Shown one piece after another: positions 46,951 through 57,535 of a stretch of 64,000 nucleotides of DNA. This DNA comes from Oceanispirochaeta sp. (lineage in GTDB: Bacteria > Spirochaetota > Spirochaetia > DSM-2461): positions 1,856,001 to 1,920,000 of the forward strand of contig CAXXOA010000002.1 of NCBI GenBank assembly GCA_963666275.2, read 5' to 3'. The position numbers were made by a program, and so were the translations under genes. The notes beneath the pieces are model-generated. The model was not told the DNA's origin. It saw only the letters and a program-made list of their open reading frames with translations, and did not search any database. Every line of letters begins with the position of its first letter. Positions within the stretch are counted from its first letter, which is position 1.

Positions 46951-49881
46951 TTGAATCCCGATGATCTGAACTATTACTATAACCGCTTCAAATTCGGTGA
47001 AGACAATTTTCATAATCTCATGTCCTTCCGGATCCGTAAAATCCTTCTGGTTGCGACTTTCTACGATGCCTACACTATTGAACATGACGGACGGCTTACA
47101 GAGCAGATAACGGGTGACTATTTTCGACTGAACCTGACAACTGTTCCCAGGATCAGCAGCGTTCCCTCGGGAGAAGCCGCACTGGAACTTCTGAAGGAGG
47201 AGCATTTTGATCTAGTCATTACCACCCTGCGGACAGGAACCACTGATCCCTTTGATCTGTCCGGAGAGATCCATGCCCTCCTTCCGGAGATCCCCATACT
47301 TCTGCTTCTGACTGTCAAAAGTGATATGGAATTTGTAAGAAAAAACAGTTCCCGCATGAACCATATCGAAAATGTCTATCTCTGGAACGGCGACTCCCGC
47401 CTTTTTGTGGCCATGATTAAAAATGTGGAGGACCGCCGGAATGCGGATTTTGATACGGAACACGGTTTTGTCAGGGTGATCCTGCTGGTGGAGGATTCGG
47501 TGGACTTCTACTCCCGTTATCTCCCTCTCATTTATCAGGAGATTATGGAGCAGACCCAGAAGCTGATCAGGGAAGAGCTCAATGACAATCTCAAATACCA
47601 CCTGATGCGGACCCGTCCGAAAATACTGCTTGTCAACTCCTACGAGCAGGCTCTGGAAATGAGCCGGCGCTTTGCTCCCTACCTGCTGGCAGTGCTTTCG
47701 GACGTCCGGTTTTACAGAAAAGGTGTGATAGATCCGGAGGCGGGGATTCATCTTATCAGGCAGCTCAAAACAGAGTTTGCCGATGTCCCCATGCTGCTCC
47801 AGTCATCCACGGACATGACCTCCCGGGCGACGGGGAAACTGGGAGTGGAGTTTGTTAACAAACACAGTGTCGACCTGCTGGCCAGGCTGCGCCGGTTTAT
47901 CGTCACCAGACTGGGGTTCGGAGACTTTATATTCAGGGACAGCCGGGGCAGGGAGATTGCCAAGGCCTCCTCGCTGGCGCAGATGGAGGAGGTTATCCTT
48001 CAGGTTCCTATTGAATCGATTGTTCACCATGCCGGTCTGAATCACTTTTCCGCCTGGCTTGTCGCCCATGGGGAATTTCAGGTCGCCAGGAATCTCCGTC
48101 CCGTGAAGGTCAGTGATTTTTCTCATCCCGAAGATCACAGAAGCTATCTTATCAAGGCCTTTCAGGAAGCCCGGGCAAACCGGCTCAGAGGAAACATCGT
48201 TGAGTTTGACCCCTCTGTGGTGAGGGCCCGGGAAACAGTTCTCAGGCTGAGAGAAGGGTCTCTGGGAGGAAAGGGGAGGGGACTGGCCTTCTGTAACGCC
48301 CTTCTTGTGAGCACCGAACTGAACCGGGATTTCGACAGTGCGGAAATACGGATCCCCCGGACGATGATCCTGGGAACCGATGAATACGATGAGTTTCTGG
48401 AGAAGAATCATATACTCAGACGGATAGAGGGGCAGACAGACGAGAGGATCTTTCAGATCTTTTCTGAAGGCAGGCTCAATCCCGGGACGGAGAAATCCCT
48501 GGAGGAGTATCTTGCCATTGTGACAACCCCCCTGGCTGTAAGATCATCCTCTCTGCTGGAAGATTCCCATGCCCAGCCCTTTGCGGGTGTCTATGATACG
48601 GTGATGATCCCCAACAGCAGCTCCGATCTGTCTGTGAGAAAACAGAATCTCTGCCAGGGGATCAAACAGGTCTATGCGTCTGTCTTCCGCAGGGAGACCC
48701 GTCAGTTTATTGCCAGCCACGGGTACAGGCAGGATGAGGAGAAAATGGGTGTTCTGATCCAGGAACTGACGGGGCAGAACCGGGGGGACCGTTTTTATCC
48801 CCATATTTCAGGTGTTGCCCAGTCTTTCAACTACTATCCTCCCCAGGGGCTCAGTCACCAGCATCCCATTGCCAGTCTGGCTGTGGGGCTGGGAAAGACA
48901 GTCGTTGAAGGGGGTCGGGTATTCCGCTACTGTCCCTCCCGTCCTGAGATCCCCTGTCAGACTCCGGATGAAATCATCAGATATACCCAGACGGATTTCT
49001 ATGCCCTGAATACAAGAGACGGGCGCATTGAGAACCTGAGAATCTCCCAGGCGGAATCGGAGGGTGTCCTGAAACATCTGGCTTCGGTCGTGCATGAGGG
49101 GCATCTGGAGGAGGGCCTTTTTTACGCAGGGCCCCGGGTGGTGAACTTTCCCGATATCGTCAGATATGAATCCTTTCCTCTCAGTGCGATTCTCAAGGCT
49201 CTCCTGATCCTGCTGGAAAGGGCTCTGGGCTGCCCGGCGGAAATAGAGTTTGCCGTTGATTTGGATGGGATACCCCTTCCTGTTTTTTCCCTTCTGCAGG
49301 TGCGGCCCATGACCTCTTCGGTGGGGATCAACGGCAGGACAATCTCTCCTGAGGACATTGAAAAAGCCCTTATCTACTCTGAAAACAGTCTGGGACACGG
49401 ACTCAGGGAGGATCTTAGTGACCTGATCTATATCCCCCCCGGACGGTTTGACAAAACCCGGACCAGGGAAATACGGGATGAACTGAAAGAGATCAACGAA
49501 AGGATGAAAGAGCAGGAGCGGAAATATATTCTGCTTGGTCCGGGCCGCTGGGGTTCGGCGGACCGTTTTCTGGGAGTTCCTGTGACCTGGCCCCAGATCG
49601 ACCAGGCCGCTGTGATCGTGGAAGCGGCTGTGAAGGAACTGATGATTGAGCCCTCCCAGGGATCGCATTTTTTTCATAATCTCACAGCCGGAGGTGTGGG
49701 CTATCTGATGGTGAGGGAGGGCGACGGCCGCTCTGTTCTGAACTGGAAGCAGCTGGATTCTCTGCCGCTGGTCCGGGAGGGAGAGTTTATCAGGCATGTG
49801 AGAAGTGAGAGGCCCTTCAAAGTGGTTATGAACGGAAATAAGGGAAAAGCCCTGATTGGAATAGAAACAGAAAAGGAGTGA
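46951..49881 (+). CDS. Receiver-like domains fused to a PPDK_N/PEP-synthase nucleotide-binding domain
   Basis: ILLVEDS and VLSDVRF receiver-like segments; GSLGGKGRGLAF, PLAVRSSSLLED...FAGVY, GLGKTVVEG, EIEFA, LLQVRP; no His-swivel or PEP-binding barrel recognised. Confidence 0.85.
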   Translation: MNPDDLNYYYNRFKFGEDNFHNLMSFRIRKILLVATFYDAYTIEHDGRLTEQITGDYFRLNLTTVPRISSVPSGEAALELLKEEHFDLVITTLRTGTTDPFDLSGEIHALLPEIPILLLLTVKSDMEFVRKNSSRMNHIENVYLWNGDSRLFVAMIKNVEDRRNADFDTEHGFVRVILLVEDSVDFYSRYLPLIYQEIMEQTQKLIREELNDNLKYHLMRTRPKILLVNSYEQALEMSRRFAPYLLAVLSDVRFYRKGVIDPEAGIHLIRQLKTEFADVPMLLQSSTDMTSRATGKLGVEFVNKHSVDLLARLRRFIVTRLGFGDFIFRDSRGREIAKASSLAQMEEVILQVPIESIVHHAGLNHFSAWLVAHGEFQVARNLRPVKVSDFSHPEDHRSYLIKAFQEARANRLRGNIVEFDPSVVRARETVLRLREGSLGGKGRGLAFCNALLVSTELNRDFDSAEIRIPRTMILGTDEYDEFLEKNHILRRIEGQTDERIFQIFSEGRLNPGTEKSLEEYLAIVTTPLAVRSSSLLEDSHAQPFAGVYDTVMIPNSSSDLSVRKQNLCQGIKQVYASVFRRETRQFIASHGYRQDEEKMGVLIQELTGQNRGDRFYPHISGVAQSFNYYPPQGLSHQHPIASLAVGLGKTVVEGGRVFRYCPSRPEIPCQTPDEIIRYTQTDFYALNTRDGRIENLRISQAESEGVLKHLASVVHEGHLEEGLFYAGPRVVNFPDIVRYESFPLSAILKALLILLERALGCPAEIEFAVDLDGIPLPVFSLLQVRPMTSSVGINGRTISPEDIEKALIYSENSLGHGLREDLSDLIYIPPGRFDKTRTREIRDELKEINERMKEQERKYILLGPGRWGSADRFLGVPVTWPQIDQAAVIVEAAVKELMIEPSQGSHFFHNLTAGGVGYLMVREGDGRSVLNWKQLDSLPLVREGEFIRHVRSERPFKVVMNGNKGKALIGIETEKE

Positions 49882-51225
<1,344 letters not shown>

Positions 51226-51234
51226 GGTAAATTG

Positions 51235-51263
51235 AAAAAGGAGGCATTTACAGCCTCCTTTTT
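51235..51263. terminator. Bidirectional terminator
   Basis: AAAAAGGAGGC-ATTTACA-GCCTCCTTTTT between convergent genes. Confidence 0.85.
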
Positions 51264-51293
51264 CCTATTATTGTTCTAATATTTCCGGCAGTA

Positions 51294-51935
51294 TTAAAAA
51301 GAGATACCTATATTTTTCTGTTTATAGTCCCCCAGAAAAGACGTGTACATCTCTTTCCAGGTTTTTACCCGGAAAGTACCCTCCCGGGGATTCATCATGC
51401 GGCAGACATACAGAGGAGATCCCTCCCTGCCGGTCTCCCAGGTCTGCATGACCAGTCCGTCGGAGTGGTACTCTTCCCCCCGGTGTCCGCCGATGGTCGG
51501 CATTTTATCAAACACTTCAAAATGGAAGATCAGGACTATGTCGGGCTTCAGGGAATCCAGGAGTTCTTTGTATCTTTCCTGAGCCTCTTTCCACATCTGC
51601 CTTGAAGGCAGGCTGTAGGAGTCGGGCAGTATGCCCTGCAGGTACTGGTGGTAGGCTACGGAATTCCAGAATTTTTTCCTGTCCAGTTTGTACTTTCCGA
51701 AAGACTGTTTCCAGTGCTGCCGCTCCGAAACAATCGCTTCCAGGGCATTGAAGAAAAGGTCTTCCTTTCCGGTTTTAATGAGATATTTTATATACTCCTG
51801 AATGGATTTATTCTCATAGCGGGCATCGTAATAACTTCTTCCTACAAGAAGGATCCTTCTGTTTCCCCGGCTGCTGAAGGAACTGCCGATCCAGGGGGGA
51901 TAGTTGACCTGCTGTCTGAAAAGATTCTGCGGCAT
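51294..51935 (-). CDS. Hypothetical protein, possibly uracil-DNA-glycosylase-like fold
   Basis: PWIG.......RILLVGRSYY, FWNSVAY.QYLQ, L..LKPDIVL; AGGAG RBS. Confidence 0.5.
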   Translation of the reverse strand: MPQNLFRQQVNYPPWIGSSFSSRGNRRILLVGRSYYDARYENKSIQEYIKYLIKTGKEDLFFNALEAIVSERQHWKQSFGKYKLDRKKFWNSVAYHQYLQGILPDSYSLPSRQMWKEAQERYKELLDSLKPDIVLIFHFEVFDKMPTIGGHRGEEYHSDGLVMQTWETGREGSPLYVCRMMNPREGTFRVKTWKEMYTSFLGDYKQKNIGISF

Positions 51936-52056
51936 ATACCACTCTCCTGCTGATGTAAATTCTAATACCGGAGAAAGATATGTCAATAAAAAAAAAGAAA
52001 AGAGAGAACCTGCTCTTTTTTTCAGATTCCCTCTTCAAAAGAGTGTCAGGAGAAAA

Positions 52057-52461
52057 TCAGGATTTCTGACCGGTGATCCAGAGAGCCAGCAGAATCACAG
52101 CCTGAGTGGTAAAGCCGGACAGCCATTTCAGGAAGTCAGGTTCAAAGAGATCAGCCATGATAAAATTCATGACGATGCTTATGAGCCAGACCAGGCAGAT
52201 CAGGATATGCAGAATCCTGAAAAGATTGCCGGGGATCGCTCCGACCAGGTCAATGAGCATGATAATTCCCGCCGTGATCTGAATGATCCCGAATATAACG
52301 GGAAATACATTATTGGACCGGCCGAAAACTTTATTGACTCCTCTGAGCAGTTCCGCTCCGCTGCTGTTGTATCCCTGAATGGCCAGTAGACCGTAGGAGA
52401 GAAGCATCAGAGCCAGAACAATCTGAAGAATGAACAGACTGGATATATCATTTTTTTTCAC
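52057..52461 (-). CDS. Hypothetical 4-TM membrane protein
   Basis: AAGGAGG RBS, GTG start, four hydrophobic segments. Confidence 0.75.
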   Translation of the reverse strand: MKKNDISSLFILQIVLALMLLSYGLLAIQGYNSSGAELLRGVNKVFGRSNNVFPVIFGIIQITAGIIMLIDLVGAIPGNLFRILHILICLVWLISIVMNFIMADLFEPDFLKWLSGFTTQAVILLALWITGQKS

Positions 52462-52572
52462 TAAAATCCTCCTTGGATTTGTTTATTCAGTATAGTTCAT
52501 CCTTCCGGGGAAAACAAAACTTCCATGGACGATTCCCGATACAATGACTATATTAAAACTGGAGGTACAGGA

Positions 52573-53184
52573 ATGAAAAAAGGAACGAAGACGGGATTAA
52601 TCATTCTGGTTGTTCTTGCTGTTCTGGGAATGATGATTTTTTCCTCTTTTTCCCGGACATATAATGCTATGGTTACTCTGGATGAAGGGGTAAAAGAGAA
52701 ATGGAGTCAGGTAGAGAATGTCTACCAGCGAAGGATGGATCTTATTCCCAATCTGGTGGAAACCGTCAAAGGGTATGCCTCTCATGAGGAGGATACCTTC
52801 ACGCAGATTGCCGAAGCTCGGGCCAAGGCGGGGGGAACAATGCAGATCTCCGATGAAGTCCTGAACAATCCGGAAAGTTTTCAGCGTTTTCAGCAGGCTC
52901 AGAGTGAACTGGGCAGTGCTCTCCAGAGACTCCTTGTGGTCAGTGAAAACTATCCCCAGTTGAAGGCGGATCAGAATTTCCTGGCTCTCCAGGATCAGCT
53001 TGAAGGGACAGAAAACAGGATTACTGTGGAACGTCAGCGGTTTAACGAAGCTGTACGAGCCTACAACACCTTTATAAAACAGTTTCCCCGGGTTTTTATT
53101 GCCAATATGGCGGGATTCAGGGAGAAAAACTATTTTCAGGCATCTGCCGGGGCCGAACAGGCGCCGTCTGTCTCTTTTGATTAG
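52573..53184 (+). CDS. lemA: LemA family protein
   Basis: WSQVENVYQRR.DLIPNLVETVKGYA.HE, ENYPQLKA, QLEGTENRI. Confidence 0.95.
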   Translation: MKKGTKTGLIILVVLAVLGMMIFSSFSRTYNAMVTLDEGVKEKWSQVENVYQRRMDLIPNLVETVKGYASHEEDTFTQIAEARAKAGGTMQISDEVLNNPESFQRFQQAQSELGSALQRLLVVSENYPQLKADQNFLALQDQLEGTENRITVERQRFNEAVRAYNTFIKQFPRVFIANMAGFREKNYFQASAGAEQAPSVSFD

Positions 53185-53193
53185 GATGGAAAT

Positions 53194-53868
53194 ATGGCAA
53201 AGATTCTTTTAACAGAGCAGGAGCAGAGTACCATTACCATGGCTGTGGGTGAGGCTGAAAAAACCACCTCCGGCGAGATTGTTCCGGTGGTCATCAGAGA
53301 GAGTTCGGACTATGCAGTTTATGAGCTTCTCTTTGCCTTTCTCACAGGATTCGTCTACTACTCGGTTCTACTTGTTTTCTATCCGGCCGTGTCTTCTGTT
53401 ATCGACTCTCTCTTCTGGTTTCCACCGGATTGGTATGTTACAGCATTTTACGGGGTTTCCACCCTGCTGGTTGCCGGGCTGGCTTACTTCTTCAGCAATA
53501 TCCCGGCTCTGGACAGGCTTATCATTCCCCGGAAAGTCCGGAACGAAGCGGTCAGGAAAAGAGCTCTGCTCTATTTTACTGAATCGGGACTGAGCGAAAC
53601 CCGGGACAGAACGGGGATTCTTATCTTTGTCTCCCTCCTGGAAAGGAGAGTTGAAATCCTGGCGGATAAGGGGATCAATGAGAAAATTCCCCAGTCCGAA
53701 TGGGACTCTCTGGCGGGGTCTCTTGCTGCAGAGATCAGTCAGGGGGAGCTTGCCGGCGGGATCACCAGGGCTGTGCAGTCCTGCGGAGAAAAACTGACAA
53801 GGCATTTTCCTGTAAAGAGTGATGATACCAACGAACTGCCCGACCGGGTGGATATGCCGGAAAAGTAG
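53194..53868 (+). CDS. TPM-domain membrane protein (LemA partner)
   Basis: AV..AEK.TSGEIV, T..RTGILIFVS..ERRVEILADKGI, D.NELPD. Confidence 0.88.
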   Translation: MAKILLTEQEQSTITMAVGEAEKTTSGEIVPVVIRESSDYAVYELLFAFLTGFVYYSVLLVFYPAVSSVIDSLFWFPPDWYVTAFYGVSTLLVAGLAYFFSNIPALDRLIIPRKVRNEAVRKRALLYFTESGLSETRDRTGILIFVSLLERRVEILADKGINEKIPQSEWDSLAGSLAAEISQGELAGGITRAVQSCGEKLTRHFPVKSDDTNELPDRVDMPEK

Positions 53869-53877
53869 GGAGAGCAT

Positions 53878-54663
53878 ATGATTAAACTGAAACAGGTTCT
53901 TTTGACAGTGCTGTTCCTTGGCGCAGCGTTTTCTCTTCCCGCTCTGGACGTTCCGGAAATGAAGGGAAGGGTGAATGATCAGGCGTCGCTGCTATCCCTT
54001 TCCAGGCAGAAAGAACTGGAGTCCTATCTGGCAGGCCTGGAAGAGTCCACAGGTGTCCAGATGGCCCTGCTGACGATTCCCTCCCTGAAGGGAGACTCCC
54101 TGGAGGAGTTCTCCATCCGGGTGGTGGACCAGTGGCAGCTGGGCAGCCGGGAGGAGGACAATGGCGTGCTCCTTCTTGTGAGCCTGAAAGAGAGGATGAT
54201 CCGTATTGAAGTGGGGTATGGCCTGGAAGCTGTATTGACCGATGCCAAAAGCGGCATGATTATCCGGGAAGTTATCTCGCCCTACTTCCGCCAGGGAGAC
54301 TATGCTTCAGGAATCCTGGCGGGAGTCCAGTTCATGGGCAACCTGGTTTCCGGGGGGGAGAATATTTCTCCTGTCAAAATATCCGGTTCCCGGACAACAT
54401 CCAGCAGCCGGTCTCTGCCCATCAATTTCTTTATTATCCTTTTCATCCTTCTTCTTAACGGATTCGGCAGGTTCGGACGCAGAGGAGGACTTTTGAGAAT
54501 GCTCTTCTGGGGCAGTCTTCTGAGCGGTTCCTCCCGGCACAGAGGGGGATACGGCGGCTGGTCTTCCGGAGGGGGCGGCGGCTTCGGAGGCGGTTTCGGC
54601 GGGGGAGGATTCTCCGGCGGAGGCGGCGGTTTCGGAGGCGGGGGAGCCTCAGGTGGCTGGTAA
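53878..54663 (+). CDS. TPM-domain (YgcG-like) protein with Gly-rich tail
   Basis: RVNDQA, DNGVLLLV, RIEVGYGLE..LTD, ends GGGGFGGGGASGGW. Confidence 0.92.
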   Translation: MIKLKQVLLTVLFLGAAFSLPALDVPEMKGRVNDQASLLSLSRQKELESYLAGLEESTGVQMALLTIPSLKGDSLEEFSIRVVDQWQLGSREEDNGVLLLVSLKERMIRIEVGYGLEAVLTDAKSGMIIREVISPYFRQGDYASGILAGVQFMGNLVSGGENISPVKISGSRTTSSSRSLPINFFIILFILLLNGFGRFGRRGGLLRMLFWGSLLSGSSRHRGGYGGWSSGGGGGFGGGFGGGGFSGGGGGFGGGGASGGW

Positions 54664-55104
54664 TTCCCAGCCGTACTCGCTGTAGGGACAGCCCGAGAGA
54701 ATCTTTTCAAGGGCTATCCGGATATAGGGGATCGTTTTTTCGGGAAGATCTTCCAGAGGGAACCAGGATAAATCACTGCATTTTCCGGGTTCCCGGTTCC
54801 GGGGCGATCCCTCCCATTCGGAGGGACTGAAAAAGACATCAACCCGAACGGAATCATCCGAATTGCGGTGCATCACATGGGAGGGAGAAATTTTGCCCTT
54901 CTGAAGTGTGATTCCCGCCTCTTCCATGGCTTCCCTTATGATCCCATCTGTAAAGGACTCTCCCTTCTCCACATGACCGGCTACAAAGCTGTACCATCCG
55001 TCCATATAACCTGTATTTTTTCTCTGCAGCATCAGAACTTTTCCGTTTCTGATAAGAACAAGATAGACCGCTGGTATATTGGTATTTCGTCGGGGTATTT
55101 TCAT
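54649..55104 (-). CDS. NUDIX hydrolase
   Basis: Nudix box GHVEKGESF..GIIREAMEEAGI; RKNTGYMDG, NREP.KC. Confidence 0.92.
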   Translation of the reverse strand: MKIPRRNTNIPAVYLVLIRNGKVLMLQRKNTGYMDGWYSFVAGHVEKGESFTDGIIREAMEEAGITLQKGKISPSHVMHRNSDDSVRVDVFFSPSEWEGSPRNREPGKCSDLSWFPLEDLPEKTIPYIRIALEKILSGCPYSEYGWELPAT

Positions 55105-55105
55105 A

Positions 55106-55672
55106 TCACACCTGGAGAAAGAGGATACCCAGCACCGCACCTGCGGCAATATAGAAAACCGGGTGTTTCTGGAATTTGAGGTATGCCCCGAAGATCACGA
55201 CAAAAATGAGCGCACTCACAGGATCGATCAGATCCGCCAGGTGGCCGCTCAGCCGGAAAACCTGCCAGGGGATCACAGCCACTGTGAACACTTTAAAAGC
55301 TGCTGTTGCAATAAGACCGGTGACGGCGGGGCGCAGACCTGAGAAGGCATCCTTCACCAGAGGTTCTTCGTTAAAATGGTAGAAGAACCGGGCAATCAGA
55401 ATGATGATGATCAGGGATGGAGCCACAATGCCCATGGTCGCCGCAACGCCGCCGGGAATTCCCGCCGTCTGGAAACCCACATAGGTCGCCATATTGATAC
55501 CGATCGCTCCGGGAGTCGACTGGGAAATGGCCACCACATGGAAAAACTCCTCCAAAGTCAGCCATCCGTGGGAAAGGGCCGCATTCTCCAGGAGGGGAAG
55601 GGTCGCCAGACCCCCTCCGATGGTAAAAAGGCCTATTTTGAAAAACTGAAAGAACAGGGTTATGAGTATCAG
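55106..55672 (-). CDS. chrA: Short-chain chromate transporter (CHR) subunit 2, apparent CTG start
   Basis: Frame is open to CTG 55672 (CTGA overlap, AAGGAG RBS) and includes FFKIGLFTIGGG and SQSTPG.IGINMATYVG. Confidence 0.85.
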   Translation of the reverse strand: MILITLFFQFFKIGLFTIGGGLATLPLLENAALSHGWLTLEEFFHVVAISQSTPGAIGINMATYVGFQTAGIPGGVAATMGIVAPSLIIIILIARFFYHFNEEPLVKDAFSGLRPAVTGLIATAAFKVFTVAVIPWQVFRLSGHLADLIDPVSALIFVVIFGAYLKFQKHPVFYIAAGAVLGILFLQV

Positions 55673-56229
55673 GACTTTCTCCTTTTCCGGATCTGTCCGG
55701 AGATAAGACCAAGAAGAATCGCTGAAATGATTATCGGAATCGGGGTCAGTCCGGCAAAGGTGACAAGAGAAAATGCCGCAGCCGCGATAAACAGTCCCAG
55801 TTTGTCCACTATGGCTTTTTTGCCGAACTTGTACACCGCCGAAAGGAGCATGACCGCTACGGCGATATTGATCCCTTTCAAAGCTTTCTGTACATAGACA
55901 TTCTGGTCAAAACTTGTCAGAAAGGCGGCAATCACCGAGATGATCACAAGTGAGGGGAGTATAAACCCCAGAGTGGCAACTATTGCCCCTGTCATGCCGG
56001 CAGTGCGGTAGCCCGTAAAGGTGGCCGTATTCACAGCAATAATTCCGGGAGTGGACTGCCCGATGGCATAAATATCAAGAAGCTCCTCTTCGGTCAGCCA
56101 GCCCCGGGTCTCGGCGACTTCTCTCTGCAGTATGGGGAGCATGGCATAGCCTCCCCCGAAGGTGACCGCTCCCATTCTCAGGAAGACAAGAAAGAGTTCC
56201 CATATCATTGATCGCTTTTCAGATTTCAT
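55669..56229 (-). CDS. chrA: Short-chain chromate transporter (CHR) subunit 1
   Basis: F.RMG.VTFGGGYAM, GQSTPGIIAVNTATF.G. Confidence 0.9.
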   Translation of the reverse strand: MKSEKRSMIWELFLVFLRMGAVTFGGGYAMLPILQREVAETRGWLTEEELLDIYAIGQSTPGIIAVNTATFTGYRTAGMTGAIVATLGFILPSLVIISVIAAFLTSFDQNVYVQKALKGINIAVAVMLLSAVYKFGKKAIVDKLGLFIAAAAFSLVTFAGLTPIPIIISAILLGLISGQIRKRRKS

Positions 56230-56331
56230 GGGTCAGATCATACCGGAGAAGCTGCCGGTTTGCCAATGTAATCCTGAAAAAAGAACGCATTCCGGGCGAG
56301 TCTGGAGGCAACCCTCAGCCCTTTAGCCATT

Positions 56332-56610
56332 TTCCGACCCTCACCCCTTTATCCCCTCTCCCACGAGGAGAGGGATTTTGATGAAACAACCCTACAGACT
56401 GTTCTCTTCTAGCATAAGAATTTCTCTCTTGGATAAAAAACAAATTTCTTTCTCACCTCGCCGTGTGGGAGAGGGGCCGGGGGTGAGGGTCGGAAGGGTG
56501 AGGAAAAATTGATTGGTTTAAGGTTTGTATAGCAATAGGTTTCAGGGGGATGTGATTAGAATAGCTGAGGGGCCGGGGGTGAGGGTTGGAAAGGAGAAGA
56601 GAAATAGATT
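56332..56610. repeat. Left REPIN-like doublet plus tail modules
   Basis: TTCCGACCCTCACCCC (56332-56347) is perfectly inverted at 56480-56495; CCCCTCTCCCAC/GTGGGAGAGGGG inner pair; extra GAGGGGCCGGGGGTGAGGGT at 56567-56586. Confidence 0.9.
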
Positions 56611-56696
56611 CCCTCCAGAACCCGAAAGGGAGGAGAAACTTGGGAAATCGGTATTAAAATTGAAGTAACAGCTTTCTTTCTCCTATTCAATAAGAT

Positions 56697-57077
56697 ATGA
56701 AAAGGAAAAAAACAGACAAACAGGCCAGATTTTACAGTTGTGATATGACAGCTGCTGCCAGGGAATTGAGGCAATGTGAAACACCTGCAGAAAAGCAGCT
56801 TTGGAAATTATTGCGGAACAGGCAGTTTAAAGGCCTGAAATTTCGTAGACAGCACCCTATCGGGCCGTTCATCACAGATTTTTATTGCGATGAATTAAAA
56901 CTCATTCTGGAAATTGATGAGGGAGTGCATGATGAAGTCTCAGTTCAAGTAAGAGATAGAAAACGTACAGAAACGCTCCAATCTTCCGGTTATAGGGTTC
57001 ACAGAATCCGTAATGAAGAGGTTCTCTCGGATGCGTCTTCTCTTTTTCAATATCTGGAGTCGCTGGTAAATCTTTAG
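56697..57077 (+). CDS. DUF559 (Vsr-like, PD-(D/E)xK) endonuclease-domain protein
   Basis: ARELR...TPAE..LW..LRNRQ..GLKFRRQHPIG.FI.DFYC....LILEID..VH, RD..R...L...GYRV.RI.NEEV. Confidence 0.92.
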   Translation: MKRKKTDKQARFYSCDMTAAARELRQCETPAEKQLWKLLRNRQFKGLKFRRQHPIGPFITDFYCDELKLILEIDEGVHDEVSVQVRDRKRTETLQSSGYRVHRIRNEEVLSDASSLFQYLESLVNL

Positions 57078-57141
57078 TCTGGATTAACCAACTCCTATTC
57101 CTGCTTTTTCGGGTACTGACCTAGACCTTATACTCTCTGGA

Positions 57142-57461
57142 TCCAACCCTCACCCCTGTATCCCCTCTCCCACAAGGAGAGGGGTTCTGTTGGAACAATC
57201 TCAGAAGCCTTTCTCTTCAAACCAGAGAATCTTCCTCTTAGATAAAAATACAAACCTCTTTCTCCCCTCGCCTTGTGGGAGAGGGGCCGGGGGTGAGGGT
57301 TGGAAAGGAGAGGGGAAATAGATTGGTTTAAGAGTCATACAGGAAAAAGTTCCAGAAATGAGGGTCGGAAGGGAGAGGAAAAATTGATTGGTTTAAGGTT
57401 TGTTTAGCAATAGGTTTCAGTGGGATGTGATCAGAATAGCTGAGGGGCCGGGGGAGAGGGT
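57142..57461. repeat. Right REPIN-like doublet plus tail modules (diverged direct copy of the left)
   Basis: TCCAACCCTCACCCC (57142-57156) is inverted at 57290-57304; 57359-57461 is nearly identical to 56484-56586. Confidence 0.9.
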
Positions 57462-57499
57462 AAATAGGTTCCGCAGATGAGAGTCGGGAGGCAGAGGAA

Positions 57500-57528
57500 A
57501 GAAAACGCCCCGCTGCAGAGCGGGGCGC
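57500..57528 (-). terminator. Terminator of the 57536-58576 gene
   Basis: CGCCCCGCT-GCAG-AGCGGGGCG with a T-run on the minus strand. Confidence 0.75.
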
Positions 57529-57535
57529 TGACCAC

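Noticed and set aside
54540..54660. GGC/GGA-rich low-complexity repeat
   Set aside because: It encodes the normal Gly-rich tail of TPM/YgcG proteins
56332..57461. Classical IS or composite transposon
   Set aside because: No DDE or HUH transposase, and no element-wide target-site duplication could be identified
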